Positions 1-11,596 of a DNA stretch of 49,313 nucleotides are shown here, piece after piece. The notes beneath the pieces are model-generated. The model did not search any database, had not been told where the DNA came from, and was given only the letters and a program-made list of their open reading frames with translations. The stretch's first letter is position 1. Every line of letters begins with the position of its first letter. Source of the stretch: Octopus bimaculoides. Lineage: Eukaryota. The translations under genes were made by a program, and so were the position numbers. Location: contig NC_068990.1 in NCBI RefSeq assembly GCF_001194135.2, forward strand, positions 54,356,571 through 54,405,883, read 5' to 3'.

Positions 1-59
1 TCTTTCATTTGTTTCAGTCATTCAACTGCCGCCATGCTGCAGCACTGCCTTTAATTGAA

Positions 60-2293
60 GACAGTGTGTGAGAGAAAATTGTGATGTCATAGGAAAGAAA
101 TGTGTCCACATGGATGATGATGCACTTGCATTTAATGATTCTGAAAAGGCTTGGAGATGCTACTATGAAAGACTGCTGAACATGGGAGGAGGAGAGTCTG
201 CCAAATGTTGACCCACATGAGGGACCAGCTCCCCAAATCAGTAGTACCTTAGTAGATAAAGCAATTAAGGATATGAAGATAGGGAAATCCCCTGGCCCAT
301 CAGGAATCACCACTGAGATGCATAAAATATCTGGTGGTGTGGGTTATAGTCTAGTCACCCATATTCTAAGTCAGGTAATACATGAAGGAGTCATACCCAA
401 TGACTGGTGTAGCAGCACCATAGTCAACTGCTACAAAAGTAAAAGCGATGCCTTAGAAATAATTACAGAGGTATCAAATAGTTGGATCAGGTGATGAAAG
501 TTATGGAGAGGGTTATAACCCAACTAATTAGGGAGAGAGTTAGTCTAGATGAGATGCAGCTTAATTTTATGCCATGGAGAACCACTGATGCTATATTTCA
601 GGTAATGCAGCTGCAGGAGAAACACATAGCCAAAGATAAACCTCTGTACCTGGCTTTTGTTGACTTGGAGAAAGCCTTTGACAGGGTACTCTGATCCCTT
701 ATCTGGTGGTCAATGCAGAAAGGGATAGATGAGTGGTTGGTGAGAGCTGTACAAGCCATATACAGGGACACTGTCAGTAAGGTGAGGGTTGGCAATGAGT
801 ACAGCAAACAATTCAGGGTACCAGTAGGGGCTCAACAACGATTGCTCATCAGTTCCTTTTTCATCATAGTGCTCCGGGCAATAACAGAGGAATTTAAGAC
901 AGGCTGCCCCTGGGAGCTCCTCAGTGCTGATGACCTTGTTATTATAGCTGAATCACTGCCAGAACTAGATAAGTTTCAGGCATGGAAGCAAGGTCTAGAA
1001 TTGAAGGGTCTTAGAGTTAACCTAGCAAAAACCAAAGCCTTAGTAAGTAGGAAGGCAGATAAATCACATATCCCTTCAGGAAGATGGCACTGCTTGATCT
1101 GTAGAAAAGGCATAGGTAGAAACTCCATAAGATGTACCTGGTGTAAGCTATGGACACATAAGAGGTGCAGCAATATCAAAGGATGGCTAACAGAGAAAAT
1201 AGGTTTTGTGTGGAAAATGCACAGGTACAATAAACACAGAAAATGTAAAGAAAATAAACTCCATCAACTACCAGGGAGCTAAGCTAGAGGTTATAGATAG
1301 CTTCTGTTATCTAAGTGACCAAGTTAGTAGTGGAGGTGGATGCTCCAAGAGTGTAGCTGTGAGAATAAGAATAAGCTGGGCAAAGTTCAGAGAGCTCCTA
1401 CCTCTGCTGACAACAAAGAGCCTCTTCTTCAGACTAAAAGGTAGATGGTGTGTGCAAACAGCTTTGGTACACAGCAGTGTAACATGGGCTGTGACAGCTG
1501 AGGACATGTGTAGGCATGAAAGAAATGAAACCAATATGCTTCGCTGGATGTGCAATGTCAGTGTGCATATATGACAGAGTGTAAGCATCTTGAGAGAAAT
1601 GTTGGGCACAACAGGCATCAGATGTGGTGTGCAAGAGAGATGACTGCACTGGTATGGTCATGTGATGCACATGGACAAGGACAACTGTGTAAAGAAGTGC
1701 CTATCGCTAACTGTGGTAGAAGTAGACAGGAAGACATGGGACAAGGTAACGAAGCATAATCTTCAAACTTTGGGCTTCACAGAGTCAATGACTAGTGACC
1801 GAGACCTTTGGCAATACGTTGTGCTTGAGAAGACCTGTCAAGCCAAGTGAAATTGTAATCGTGGCTGATGCTGGTATCATGTAACTGGCACTTGTGCCAG
1901 CGGTACCTAAAAAGCACCTTTCAATCGTTGGACCTCATGGAGACAAGGTGATTGATGCTAGTGATGCATGAAAACCACCTTTTGAGTGTTGGGCCTCATG
2001 GAGGGAATGATGAATGAGCTAGACCTTTAGCATTATGCTGTGCTTGAGAAGAAGACCCATCAAGCAAAGTAAAATTGCAGTCATAGCAGATACTGGTGTC
2101 ATGCAAATCGTACCCATGCCAGTAGCACGTAAAAACACTCATTACACTATCAGAGTGGTTGATGTTAAGAAGGGCATCCAATTATAGAAACCATGCCAAA
2201 TCAGACTGGAGTCTGGTGCAGCCTTCCAGCTTGTCAGCAATGGTCAAACTGTCCAACCCATGCCAGCATGGACAACAGACGTTAAATGATGAT
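60..2293 (+). mobile_element. RTE-clade non-LTR retrotransposon, 5'-truncated and degenerate (RT, PHD finger, C-terminus, 3' UTR, (GAT)n tail)
   Basis: Frameshifted ORFs 273-1850 carry RT motifs (LDEMQLNFMP, LAFVDLEKAFDRV, ELLSADDLVII, RVNLAKTK, EVIDSFCYL, RIRISWAKFREL, MLRWMC). Tail ...ccatgccagcatggacaacagacgttaaatgatgatgat at about 2255-2293. Confidence 0.92.
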
Positions 2294-3190
2294 GATATAC
2301 ACACACACAGAGTAATTTCTTACATACACACACATATACATACACACACATATGCATAACATGCATATATTGTGTGCATGTGTGTATATGCACACTCAGT
2401 GAAAATTAACAAAAGATACATAAAAATCTATGCACAATAAAACCACATAAATACAAGTATAGAACTGTACAGAAATTTATCTACACACACACACACCATA
2501 TACATACAAAGATCTATACATACAGGCATATACAAACACACAAATTCACACACAGGTGTATAAATACATATGCTCATTCGCACAGGCTTTGCTTCCAAGG
2601 TTCTCAGATCATTCAGGCTTTTAAGAGGTTTTCAAATTACCTTGAGGTTCAAGTAGCTAATACCTCCTTACCTCACCACCTCCATATTCAAGTGTTACTC
2701 TCGACCTTAAATACACAATCAAAACAGACACGATGGTATGTACTAATGACACAAAGGAAGCTTTTCAGAACTCTTTACCTTAAGGACATCTCTGGGAGTT
2801 TTCTCTTGTTATAATAGCAATCAGACATTTGGGGGTTGACCATGAATAATTGTTTTATTTCTTATAAGTATGTTCAGACATCGAACACACATAAGCAGAA
2901 TGCATAATAAAAGACAAATATTACTGAATAGAGAGAGGGGATACAAATGTGTGTCTATGTGTATATATCCATGCGTGTTTGCATGCATTTACAAGCATTT
3001 AGAGCCATATTTATTAATCAACTGTACACATTTTCACACATTGTACACATGCATGCATATGTTTATACTTATACAGATGTGTGTATATAATCATCATAAC
3101 CATTAATTCCCACTTGTCCATGTGTAAGCATATGTGTGTATATAAATGTATGTGTGTTCGTGAGAGACTAGAGAGTTTACACACACACAA
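2294..3190. repeat. Compound (CA)/(TA)/(TG) microsatellite-rich low-complexity region
   Basis: Interrupted acacac, tatgtg and atacat runs are directly visible. Confidence 0.75.
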
Positions 3191-3330
3191 CTGTGTAGGA
3201 GATATTTCCACGTTGATTTTAGAAACATAACAAAATATACAAGATGACAGGAGTAAAATAACCTTACTGCAGTGAGTCATGGTTAAATTTAGTGTTCTAC
3301 TGATCTATATTTTCTCATAGTGCATGTCTT

Positions 3331-3701
3331 ATCTTTTACTTCTTTCAGTCATTGGACTGTAGCCATGCCGGAACACCACCTTGAAAAGTTTAGTTGAACA
3401 GATTAACTCCAGTACTTAGTTTTTAGTATAGCACTTATTCTATTGGACTCTTTTGCAGAACTACAAATTACAGAGATGTAGACAAACTAACACTGGTTGT
3501 CAAGTGGTGGTGGGGACAAACACAGGCACAAACACACACATGTATGGGTTTCCACAGTTTCTATTTACCAAAAATCACTCACAAAACATTGATCAGCCCA
3601 TGGCTAATAGTAGAAGACACTTGGCTAAGGAGCATATGCACTTGGACAGAAACCAAAAACCATATGATTGTAAAGCAATTTCTTAACCACATAGCCATGC
3701 T
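3331..3701 (-). mobile_element. Composite tRNA/CORE-type SINE (head, CA/TA spacer, tail)
   Basis: Head (reverse complement of gcatggctatgtggttaagaa...) at about 3545-3701 and tail (ttcagtcattggactgtagccatg...) at 3331-3540. Same organisation as the copies at 19880-20272 and 20290-20690. Confidence 0.8.
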
Positions 3702-3719
3702 GCTTTCAGTTATTGAACA

Positions 3720-3985
3720 CTGACCACACTGGAGAACTACAGTTGGATGCCCCTCATAACACCAACCACTCTGAGAGTGTAGTGGGCGCTTTTTACATGC
3801 TACTGGCATCGAGCACACTGAAATGGTGCTTTTTACATGCCACCAGCACAGGAGCCAATCAGGTAGCACTGCCATCGACCATGCTTGAATGGTGCTTTTT
3901 ACTTGCTAATGGTACAGGTGCCAGTCAGGTAGCACTGGTATTGGTCACGACTATGATTTCATTTGACTCAACAGGTTTTCTCAAG
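3720..3985 (-). mobile_element. RTE 3' UTR fragment with tandem 'aaaagcacc' units
   Basis: Reverse complement matches the 3' UTR of the RTE at 27230-27560 (gaaaacctgttgagtcaa..., aaaagcacc units, cactacactctc...ggttggt). Confidence 0.8.
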
Positions 3986-3994
3986 CACAGCAGG

Positions 3995-4168
3995 TCTTAT
4001 ACACATACATATATAAATATATATATACATATATATACACATATATATATATACATATNNNNNNNNNNNNNNNNNNNNNNNNNNNNNNNNNNNNNNNNNN
4101 NNNNNNNNNNNNNNNNNNNNNNNNNNNNNNNNNNNNNNNNNNNNNNNNNNNNNNNNNNATATATATAC

Positions 4169-4207
<39 letters not shown>

Positions 4208-4403
4208 GTGTGTTGGATTTAGAGAATATATTGTGTATATCATAACCTACCGATTACAGTATATCCGGATAGATGTGTTATTCTCCATCGTTCCTGTTAC
4301 TCTTTTACTATATATATGATACATATATAGTATATTTATATACATTCATTTATACCATCTACCATCGATGTGTATATAGATGGATGTTTATTTATATATA
4401 TAT

Positions 4404-4440
<37 letters not shown>

Positions 4441-4445
4441 GAATA
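3995..4445. repeat. (AT)n/(ATAC)n microsatellite with a 100-N gap (4059-4158)
   Basis: Directly visible. Confidence 0.95.
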
Positions 4446-4980
4446 TATAAAGTAATAAGGACCTTTTTCAGTTGATGTGTCGTTTAATTAGCGTGGAGCA
4501 TAGTGGTTTTCGTTTCGGCCGACAACAATGGTAACATGTTGCAATGGAAACTATAAGGAAGAGGTTGTAGAAGAGACAGTGAAAGATGGAACGATTTCAC
4601 GTCAATTCGACATGGACGGCTTGGCTTAATTGGCGGCGATGGTCGGGCGACAAGATACCACCATTGGGATTTAACACAATTGATAAAAAAAATAACTGAC
4701 AAAGGGATTCAGGAGTAAATTATATCATATGATTCTAGTTGTNNNNNNNNNNNNNNNNNNNNNNNNNNNNNNNNNNNNNNNNNNNNNNNNNNNNNNNNNN
4801 NNNNNNNNNNNNNNNNNNNNNNNNNNNNNNNNNNNNNNNNNNNNNNNNNNNNNNNNNNNNNNNNNNNNNNNNNNNNNNNNNNNNNNNNNNNNNNNNNNNN
4901 NNNNNNNNNNNNNNNNNNNNNNNNNNNNNNNNNNNNNNNNNNNNNNNNNNNNNNNNNNNNNNNNNNNNNNNNNNNNNNNN

Positions 4981-5460
4981 AGAGGTAGGTAAAGAAAGAG
5001 TGAGTAAACCAAAGAAGAGGAAAGGGAGGAGAGAAGGAAGGAAATGTGAGAGAGGGATGAGGTAAAGTGAAAAGTGGATTGCTAGAAAGTAGTGTTTTCT
5101 TTTTTCTTTCTCTTTTAACGTGTAGAGAGGGGGTATGGAAAGAAGAAAGAAATGTGAAAGAAAAATGGTGAGACAAAAACTCAATAAACAATGGAGAGAG
5201 AAAATTAAAATACTAAGAAAGTGAGGGGTAAAGGCAAAATAGTAGACAGCCAGAAAGTATTTAAAGAAATAGAGAAAGAAAAAAGAGAGTAAGAAGAGAA
5301 TGCGAAAATAAAATTAAAACCATGAAATAAAGTGTAAAAGAGAAAACAAAGGAAACTGTTTAAGGAAAAATATGATAGAAAGAAGTGACAGAAAAATAGG
5401 AGACAGAGGAGGAAGAAAAGAAATATAGTAGGATTAGGAGTAAGGAGAGAAGACATGATA
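4981..5460 (+). repeat. Purine-rich (A/G) low-complexity tract after a 238-N gap
   Basis: Strong A/G strand bias. The F/L/S-rich minus-strand ORFs here are compositional artefacts. Confidence 0.85.
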
Positions 5461-7544
5461 CTTATAGAGGTGGTAGTGGATCAAAAAGGGGAGGAAAATG
5501 TGTCACGTGACAGTAACTCTTACCCTTGTGGTTAGTACATGCGGAAGTATCCGTGTTAGTGTTATGTGGTTGATGGTATTTTGGCACTGAATTTCTTCTT
5601 TTTTTATAAAATGGTATTTATAGTTAGCAAATGTAATTTATAACAGTTCTCTTTATGAAAAGACATATGACATATATATATACCAGAATATGCTGGTATA
5701 TATTTATGTGTATGTGGTACATGTACACAGGTTACCCCAGTTAATTCTTTGAGGCTAGTGCAAATGACAAAGTAAATTTGAATTGGTGTAGTAGTTGAAC
5801 ATGAGTAGAAGGGAATTTGCCGAAGAGTGAATTTATGGAAAGGAAAGACAGCTTTATAAGAAATGAGACTCAATGTAGGTGATAAGGAAAAGGGACTATG
5901 GATACAGCGACAGTGTTAATGCGAGAGGATATTACGAAGTCAGTATTTAAGATGACTTTGTCAGACGGTAAAGTGTATTTGAGGGAATTTAGTTTCTGTT
6001 TCTTGCTTATCAAGCAATTCTCCTCGTTGGCTCTAGTTACAGGTTTTTATATGGTTTAATATGTTCGTGTGCGTTGTGTAAGACTGCAAGTTACTTCACT
6101 GTACAACAGTTACCTGTGTACATTAGTATTTTCTGACATAAAACATGAATCTTCTCCAATTTATAGAAAAGGGACACTGACGATTCAAGAAGAGTAGCTA
6201 GACGAGGAACAGGCGGTCACCGATTCGGGAGCAAGCGTGAAGAGCTGCAAATTTTCTTTTGATGGAGCGCAAAAAGTATTTTTGCCCCGAGACTAAAAAC
6301 TCTTACTACAATAGATTCATGCCTTTCACAGAAACCTCAATAGGCTTTATATATAACGATGGTATATAGCAAAATAAACGAGAGGAAGAAAAATATCAAT
6401 TGAAATGGCCCTTTATTTTCATCATCATAATGTATGGTACATCTTCGAGTTACACAATGATTATTTGCTGTTCCATTATCCATTCTGTAGGTAGTTAAAT
6501 TCACCTTTTTTGACAGCTAGAAGACTGATGGGAAAAAAAAAAAGAGAAAGAGTAAAAGAGTCTACCTCTCTGGGTTGACAAGTAGATTGGGGTTCTGTAT
6601 TTATAGTTTTTTCTAACTAAATTAGTTCAGGCTAAACAAAGGATTTTCCATTTCTTATCTGCTTATTTAACTTAAAATCTTTAGCTTAAACAGTACAATG
6701 TATTAAGTGGCATTTGATTCTCATAAGTACAAAAGCTGAGAAAATAGGAAAATAACTGGTGAACAAATGTATATTCAGTTTCAAATCCTAGCTTAGAAAC
6801 TAGGAGCTGTTTGTTACATATATATATATATATATGACGCTTTTACTCTTTCTTTTCTTTTTCTCGCTCCCCCTTCCACACATTTCTTGGACTTTCTTTA
6901 ATTCCCACTTTTCCTCCTGGTTTATATCCCTTGTACCTTTCTCTATGTCCCTTTGATTTCCTCTCTTTCTCATTCTTCACCTAAACCTTCAATCCTTCTG
7001 CTCCCTACTTCTCTCTTTTCCTTCCACATGACCAGTATTCAGCCAGGCATGATCTTTCTTTCTTGGCTTGACTGCCAGCCACGAAGTATCTCTTATATTC
7101 CTATCTCTTGACTTTTATCTTTTATGTTCCTACCTCAAGGCTTTCACTCTACACATGCCAGCTCAACATGATTCATTCATATTAGTCGAAAGACGCCTGT
7201 TGTTATTGTCTTGTTGTTTGTATTTGTAATTGTGTAACTTGTTCTCTGTTTTTGGTCTTTGTTGTCATACACATTCGCTTGCTTTCTCCCAAAAAATTTT
7301 ATGCTCTTAGCTTAGATATTTGGGGACAGCTAGATTTGAAGTTTCAAGTGTAACCGCCCAAAACTGTAAGGATAATTTGGAACTTGATTGATGAGAGGAG
7401 GTTGCAAATGACCCACCCTTGTTTTTTCCTGTCTGTCTTTTTGTTTTGTCTGTCCGACTTCGCATTGTCTATCTGTCCGGATGTTGTATTGTCGTCTGTT
7501 GCGTTCTTGTTCCATTTTTTGGATTTATACATATGTATTCTTTT

Positions 7545-7755
7545 ATTCTTTTATTGGTTTCAGTCATTTGACTGCAGCCATGCTGGAGCACCACCTTTAG
7601 TCAAACAAATTGACCCCAGGACTTATTCCTTGTAAGCCTAGTACTTATTCTATTGGTCTCTTTTGCAAAACTATTAAGTTATGGGAACATAAACACACCA
7701 ACATCAGTTGTCAAACAACGGTGGGGGGGGGACAAACACAGACACACAAACATAT
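7545..7755 (-). mobile_element. SINE tail half (same family as 3331-3540)
   Basis: gtttcagtcatttgactgcagccatgctggagcaccacctttagtc...gaccccaggacttattc...ggacaaacacagacacac. Confidence 0.85.
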
Positions 7756-7764
7756 ATATACATA

Positions 7765-8433
7765 TGAAGCATGACCTTCAAATGTTGGGCCTCACAGATG
7801 CAATGACAAGAGACTGAGACTTCTGGAGATATGCTGTGATTGAGAAGACCCGGCAAGTAAAGTGAGATCACAGCCATAGCCTATACCAGTGTCGCATAAC
7901 CAGCCCATTTAAAAAGTACCTTTTAATTGTTGGGTGACACACCATGCTTGAGGAGACCAATTGAGTCAACTAAAATCAAAATCACAATCAAAAATGGAAA
8001 TTGTAGTTGTAGCCGATACCATTGCTGCCTGACTGGCTCTCATGCTGGTGACATGTAATAAACACCATTCATGCGTGGATCATTGCCAATGCCGTCTGAC
8101 TAGCTCCTCGTGCCAGTGGCACATAAAAAGCACCATCCAAACGTGGTCGATGCCAGCCCCACCCTCACCCCAGCTAGCTCGTGCTGGTAGCATGTAAAAA
8201 GCATCATCTGAACATGGCCAATGCCAGTGCTGCCTGACTGGCACCTGTGCCAGTGGCACATAAAAAGCACCCACTACACTTGAAGTGGTTGGCATTAGGA
8301 AGGGCATCCAGCTGTAGAAACATTGCCAGATCAAATTGGAGCCTGGTGCGGCCTCCTGGCTTGCCAGTCCCAGGTCAAACCGTCCAACCCATGCCAGCAT
8401 GGAAAACGGATGTTAAACGATGATGATGATGAC
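7765..8433 (+). mobile_element. 5'-truncated RTE (last ORF codons, 3' UTR, (GAT)n tail)
   Basis: atgaagcatgaccttcaaatgttgggcctcacag (ORF end shared with 1750-1830 and 27120-27200), tandem UTR units, tail gttaaacgatgatgatgatgac. Confidence 0.88.
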
Positions 8434-8582
8434 GATATATATATATACACGACTAGGTGAAAAGCGCTTCATTTAATATGTGACATTAATAAAAATCTGT
8501 AAATGTACAAACATCCAGGTTTCTGAGTACCTTGATTAAAATTTTTTTCTCTATATACATATATATATATATATATACACAA

Positions 8583-8740
8583 TGGGTTTCTTTCAGTTTC
8601 TATCTACTAAATTCACTCACAAGTCTTTGGTTGGCCCAAGGCTATAGTAGAAGACACTTACCCGAGTGCCACACAGTGGAACTGAACCCAAAGCCATGTG
8701 GTTGGGAAACAAGTTTCTTACCACACAGCCACGCCTGCAA
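8583..8740 (-). mobile_element. SINE head half (tRNA-like plus CORE-like)
   Basis: Reverse complement gcaggcgtggctgtgtggtaagaaacttgtttcccaaccac...ggcactcgggtaagtgtcttctactatagcc. Confidence 0.85.
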
Positions 8741-9185
8741 CTAATACATACATACATACATGCATGCATGCATGCAATATTTTGTTGAAGCAGAAAAGAC
8801 TTGATAAGCTGTTACTCAGGTTTTCATGAAATCCCACTTATCAGACAGTCATGCAATTACATTGTTCTAAATATTCATGACTGTCTGATAATAAGTTACA
8901 TGAAACACTGACTAGCAATTAATGAAGTCTTTTCAGCTTCAATACAATATTACTTTACTCTACCTTTGGTATTTGAGTACTATTTTTTCCCCACATTGTT
9001 TTGCATAAATGCAGTCACATGTATGTATGTGTGTATATATGTACGTATACATGCATGCATACACCAATAATCAATCCAAAGTAAGTATTAATGTTTTCTT
9101 ATAAGAATTTTTTTTTTCATATATATACCCAGGACAATTCCCCATTTTTTTAGGAGGTGAGTAGCCACAACAAGACACACACACA

Positions 9186-10320
9186 CCAGGCATTCCATTC
9201 ATTTCCCAGCTCAAAGAGGTGAGCCCTGTTCTATGCTCAAGTTAAGGCATAGAATGCAACTCCCAATATCAGCAGCGGGACCCGACAGCATACTCTGGTT
9301 TATCCCCACTGCATCATGCTGGTTCCATACCCCTTTGAACAACATCAGATTCACTCGTCTGTCCACAAACACTCTCCAAGCTTTCCTATCATTTATAAAC
9401 TCTCTTGCCTCTTGCACTCTAACCACTAAAGCTTTCCTCACACCATCCATCTATACATACTGAGGTCTGCCTCTGGTTCTGCTGCCTACCCTTCTGCTTT
9501 CATCACCCTCCTTACCATCCACTCCTCATCCATCCTCTCATGTAGCCAAACCACCTCAACTTTTGTCTATGTATTTTGGTTGTTAGTTTTTCTCTCATTC
9601 CTGCTCACCTTTGCACCTCCTCATCCTGTCCATCCATGTCACACCAACCATAGCCTCAAACATCTCATCTCAAACACATCTAGTCACCTCCTTTCTGCCT
9701 CTCTCAACCCCCCACATCTCTGCACCATATAACATTGTTAGCACAATCACGCCCTCATACACACCTCTTTATGCTTTCATACTTAATCTTTTATCTCTCA
9801 GCATACCTTTCACAACTTCAAGTATCCTACTTCCTCAGCCACTCACCCCATCTGCTCGTCACATGTGATCCCAGATACTTAAAAACACTCACCTCCTCTA
9901 ACATCTCACCATTTATACTCACATCCATCCTATCAGCCATTCCATCTCTCGAACATCTCATCACCTTACTCTTAGCTACATTCACTTTCAGTTTCCTCCT
10001 CTTTCACACCCTTCCAAACTCTACCACCTGTCTCCTCAGTTGCTCTTCCAAATCTGCCACCAGTGCTGTATCATCAGCAAACAACAACTGACTCACCTGC
10101 AATTCCTCTCCATTTTCTCCCACCATTTGGGCTCCCCTACCAAAGGTTCTAGCATTTACGTCTCTCACCACACTATCCATATATAAATTAAACAGCCACA
10201 AAGCATCACACAGCCCTGTCTTAACTCCACCTTCACATTAAACCACTTACTTCACCACCCACCCAAAAGCACGCTCTCTCTATAAAAACTCTTACTGCTC
10301 AACAATCTACCATGTAAACA
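9186..10320 (-). mobile_element. Second RTE-clade (BovB-like) LINE fragment, distinct from the main family
   Basis: Translation gives ELRQGCV(M)..WLFNLYMDSVVRDVN...QVSQLLFADDTALVAD...EFGRVCERRKLKVNVAKSKVMRC...FKYLGS...MLYGAEMW, broken by stops and frameshifts. No PHD insert. Confidence 0.9.
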
Positions 10321-10539
10321 TGTCTAGTCATGAGGAAACAGATGAGGATTGGTGACCAGAAGGGCATCTGGCCAGAGAATATCTGCCTCAATAAACTCTA
10401 CCTCATGCAAGCATAGAAAAGGAACATTGAAAACAATGATGATGATGTCAAAATGAATGTTAAATTAGATTGTAATTTATAGTCATATCTCTCATTACAG
10501 AAACATTGCATTCCTGAAGGTCTCGCATTATTATTATTA

Positions 10540-10720
10540 AACTGACAGAATCATTGCCATGCTGGGCAAAATGCTTAGCTGTATTTCATCCATCTTTATG
10601 TTCTGAGTTCAAATTCCACCAAGATCAACTTTGCTTTTCATCTTCTCAGGGCCAATTAAATACTGGGGTCAATGTAAACAGCTTACTCCCTCAAAATGCT
10701 GGCCTTGTGTCAAAACTTGA
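10540..10720 (+). mobile_element. tRNA-derived SINE with gccttt(t)catc-type central domain (Meta-like)
   Basis: gacagaatcattgccatgctgggcaaaatgcttagc...ttctgagttcaaattccacc...ctttgcttttcatc. A better copy lies at 14818-15030. Confidence 0.7.
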
Positions 10721-11089
10721 AATCATTATTAAACTGGTGCTTAGAACATAAATTAACATGGAGTTTTGATGGAGAGTTTAAATTTAAGTCACTTTTAAAG
10801 AGGAAATGTATATCATAAATTCAGGATGGTCTAGGGTAGGAATAAAGCATTGTTTAAAATGACATTGTTTGCACCTGTATTTTGGCCAATTTTTTAAACC
10901 ATACTTTGACCTGGTCATCATTAAGTCCACACCTTCCCACTTTCAGAGATAGATACATATGAGTAGGTATGTGTATTAAAATACATTGTTTACTCATTCT
11001 TATAAAAACTTAATATACTTATGTTCATGTATTTGTTTTGCAAGATTCCTGATGTGAAACCATGTGTTGAAACATATATTGTTATACTT

Positions 11090-11350
11090 GAGGATGGTCA
11101 TATTTTGCCAATTAAACACATGCACTATATATTTTGTCTTCACTCCAGCTTTATTATTATTATTTTAGTTTCTTTATCAAAGCTCTTTTATCACACATCC
11201 TGTGACTTCTTCAGCAACTCTCTATCCCATATGTCTCTTCTTGTTCTGCTTATTCCATTTTGTTTTTTTTCAAAGACTAAAATAGTAATAAAGCTGAAGT
11301 GAAGACCAAATATATATTATGTGTTTAATTGGCAAAATATGATCATCCCC
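11090..11350. mobile_element. MITE-like foldback with about 80-bp terminal inverted repeats
   Basis: Left arm 11090-11175 (gaggatggtcatattttgccaattaaacacat...) pairs with right arm 11272-11350 (...atgtgtttaattggcaaaatatgatcatcccc). Spacer about 95 bp. Confidence 0.75.
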
Positions 11351-11384
11351 ATATATTAATACATCAATCTCAATATTCTTTTAT

Positions 11385-11590
11385 TTGTTTCAGTAATTTA
11401 ATTATGGCCATGCTGGAGCACCCACCTTGGAGGGTTTTAGTTGAACATTTGACCTCAGGATATTCTAAGCCTAGCATTTATTCTATTGGTCTCGTTTGCT
11501 GAACTGCTAAGTTATGGAGACATAAACACACGAGCACCAGTTGTCAAGCAGTGATAGAGGGACAAACACAGACACAAAAAAAACACACAC
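11385..11590 (-). mobile_element. SINE tail half
   Basis: tgtttcagtaatttaattatggccatgctggagcacc...gggacaaacacagacac. Confidence 0.8.
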
Positions 11591-11596
11591 AGATAT

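Noticed and set aside
6167-6295. KR-flanked peptide with HRFG suggesting an RFamide neuropeptide precursor exon
   Set aside because: RFG is followed by S before KR, so there is no standard amidation and cleavage site, and no signal-peptide exon in compatible phase was found.
7140-7540. Possible Penelope LTR with hammerhead ribozyme (ttgatgagaggaggttgcaaa)
   Set aside because: The catalytic core CTGATGA...GAAA is not intact and stems could not be formed. It may be a decayed repeat, but no ribozyme can be claimed.
8078-8275. Regularly spaced repeats superficially like a CRISPR array
   Set aside because: Units are degenerate tandem repeats without unique spacers, lie within a LINE 3' UTR in a eukaryotic context, and no cas genes are present.
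8838-8891. 16-bp perfect inverted repeat with a 22-nt loop
   Set aside because: Short and isolated, with no TSD or second copy seen; compatible with a decayed MITE or chance.
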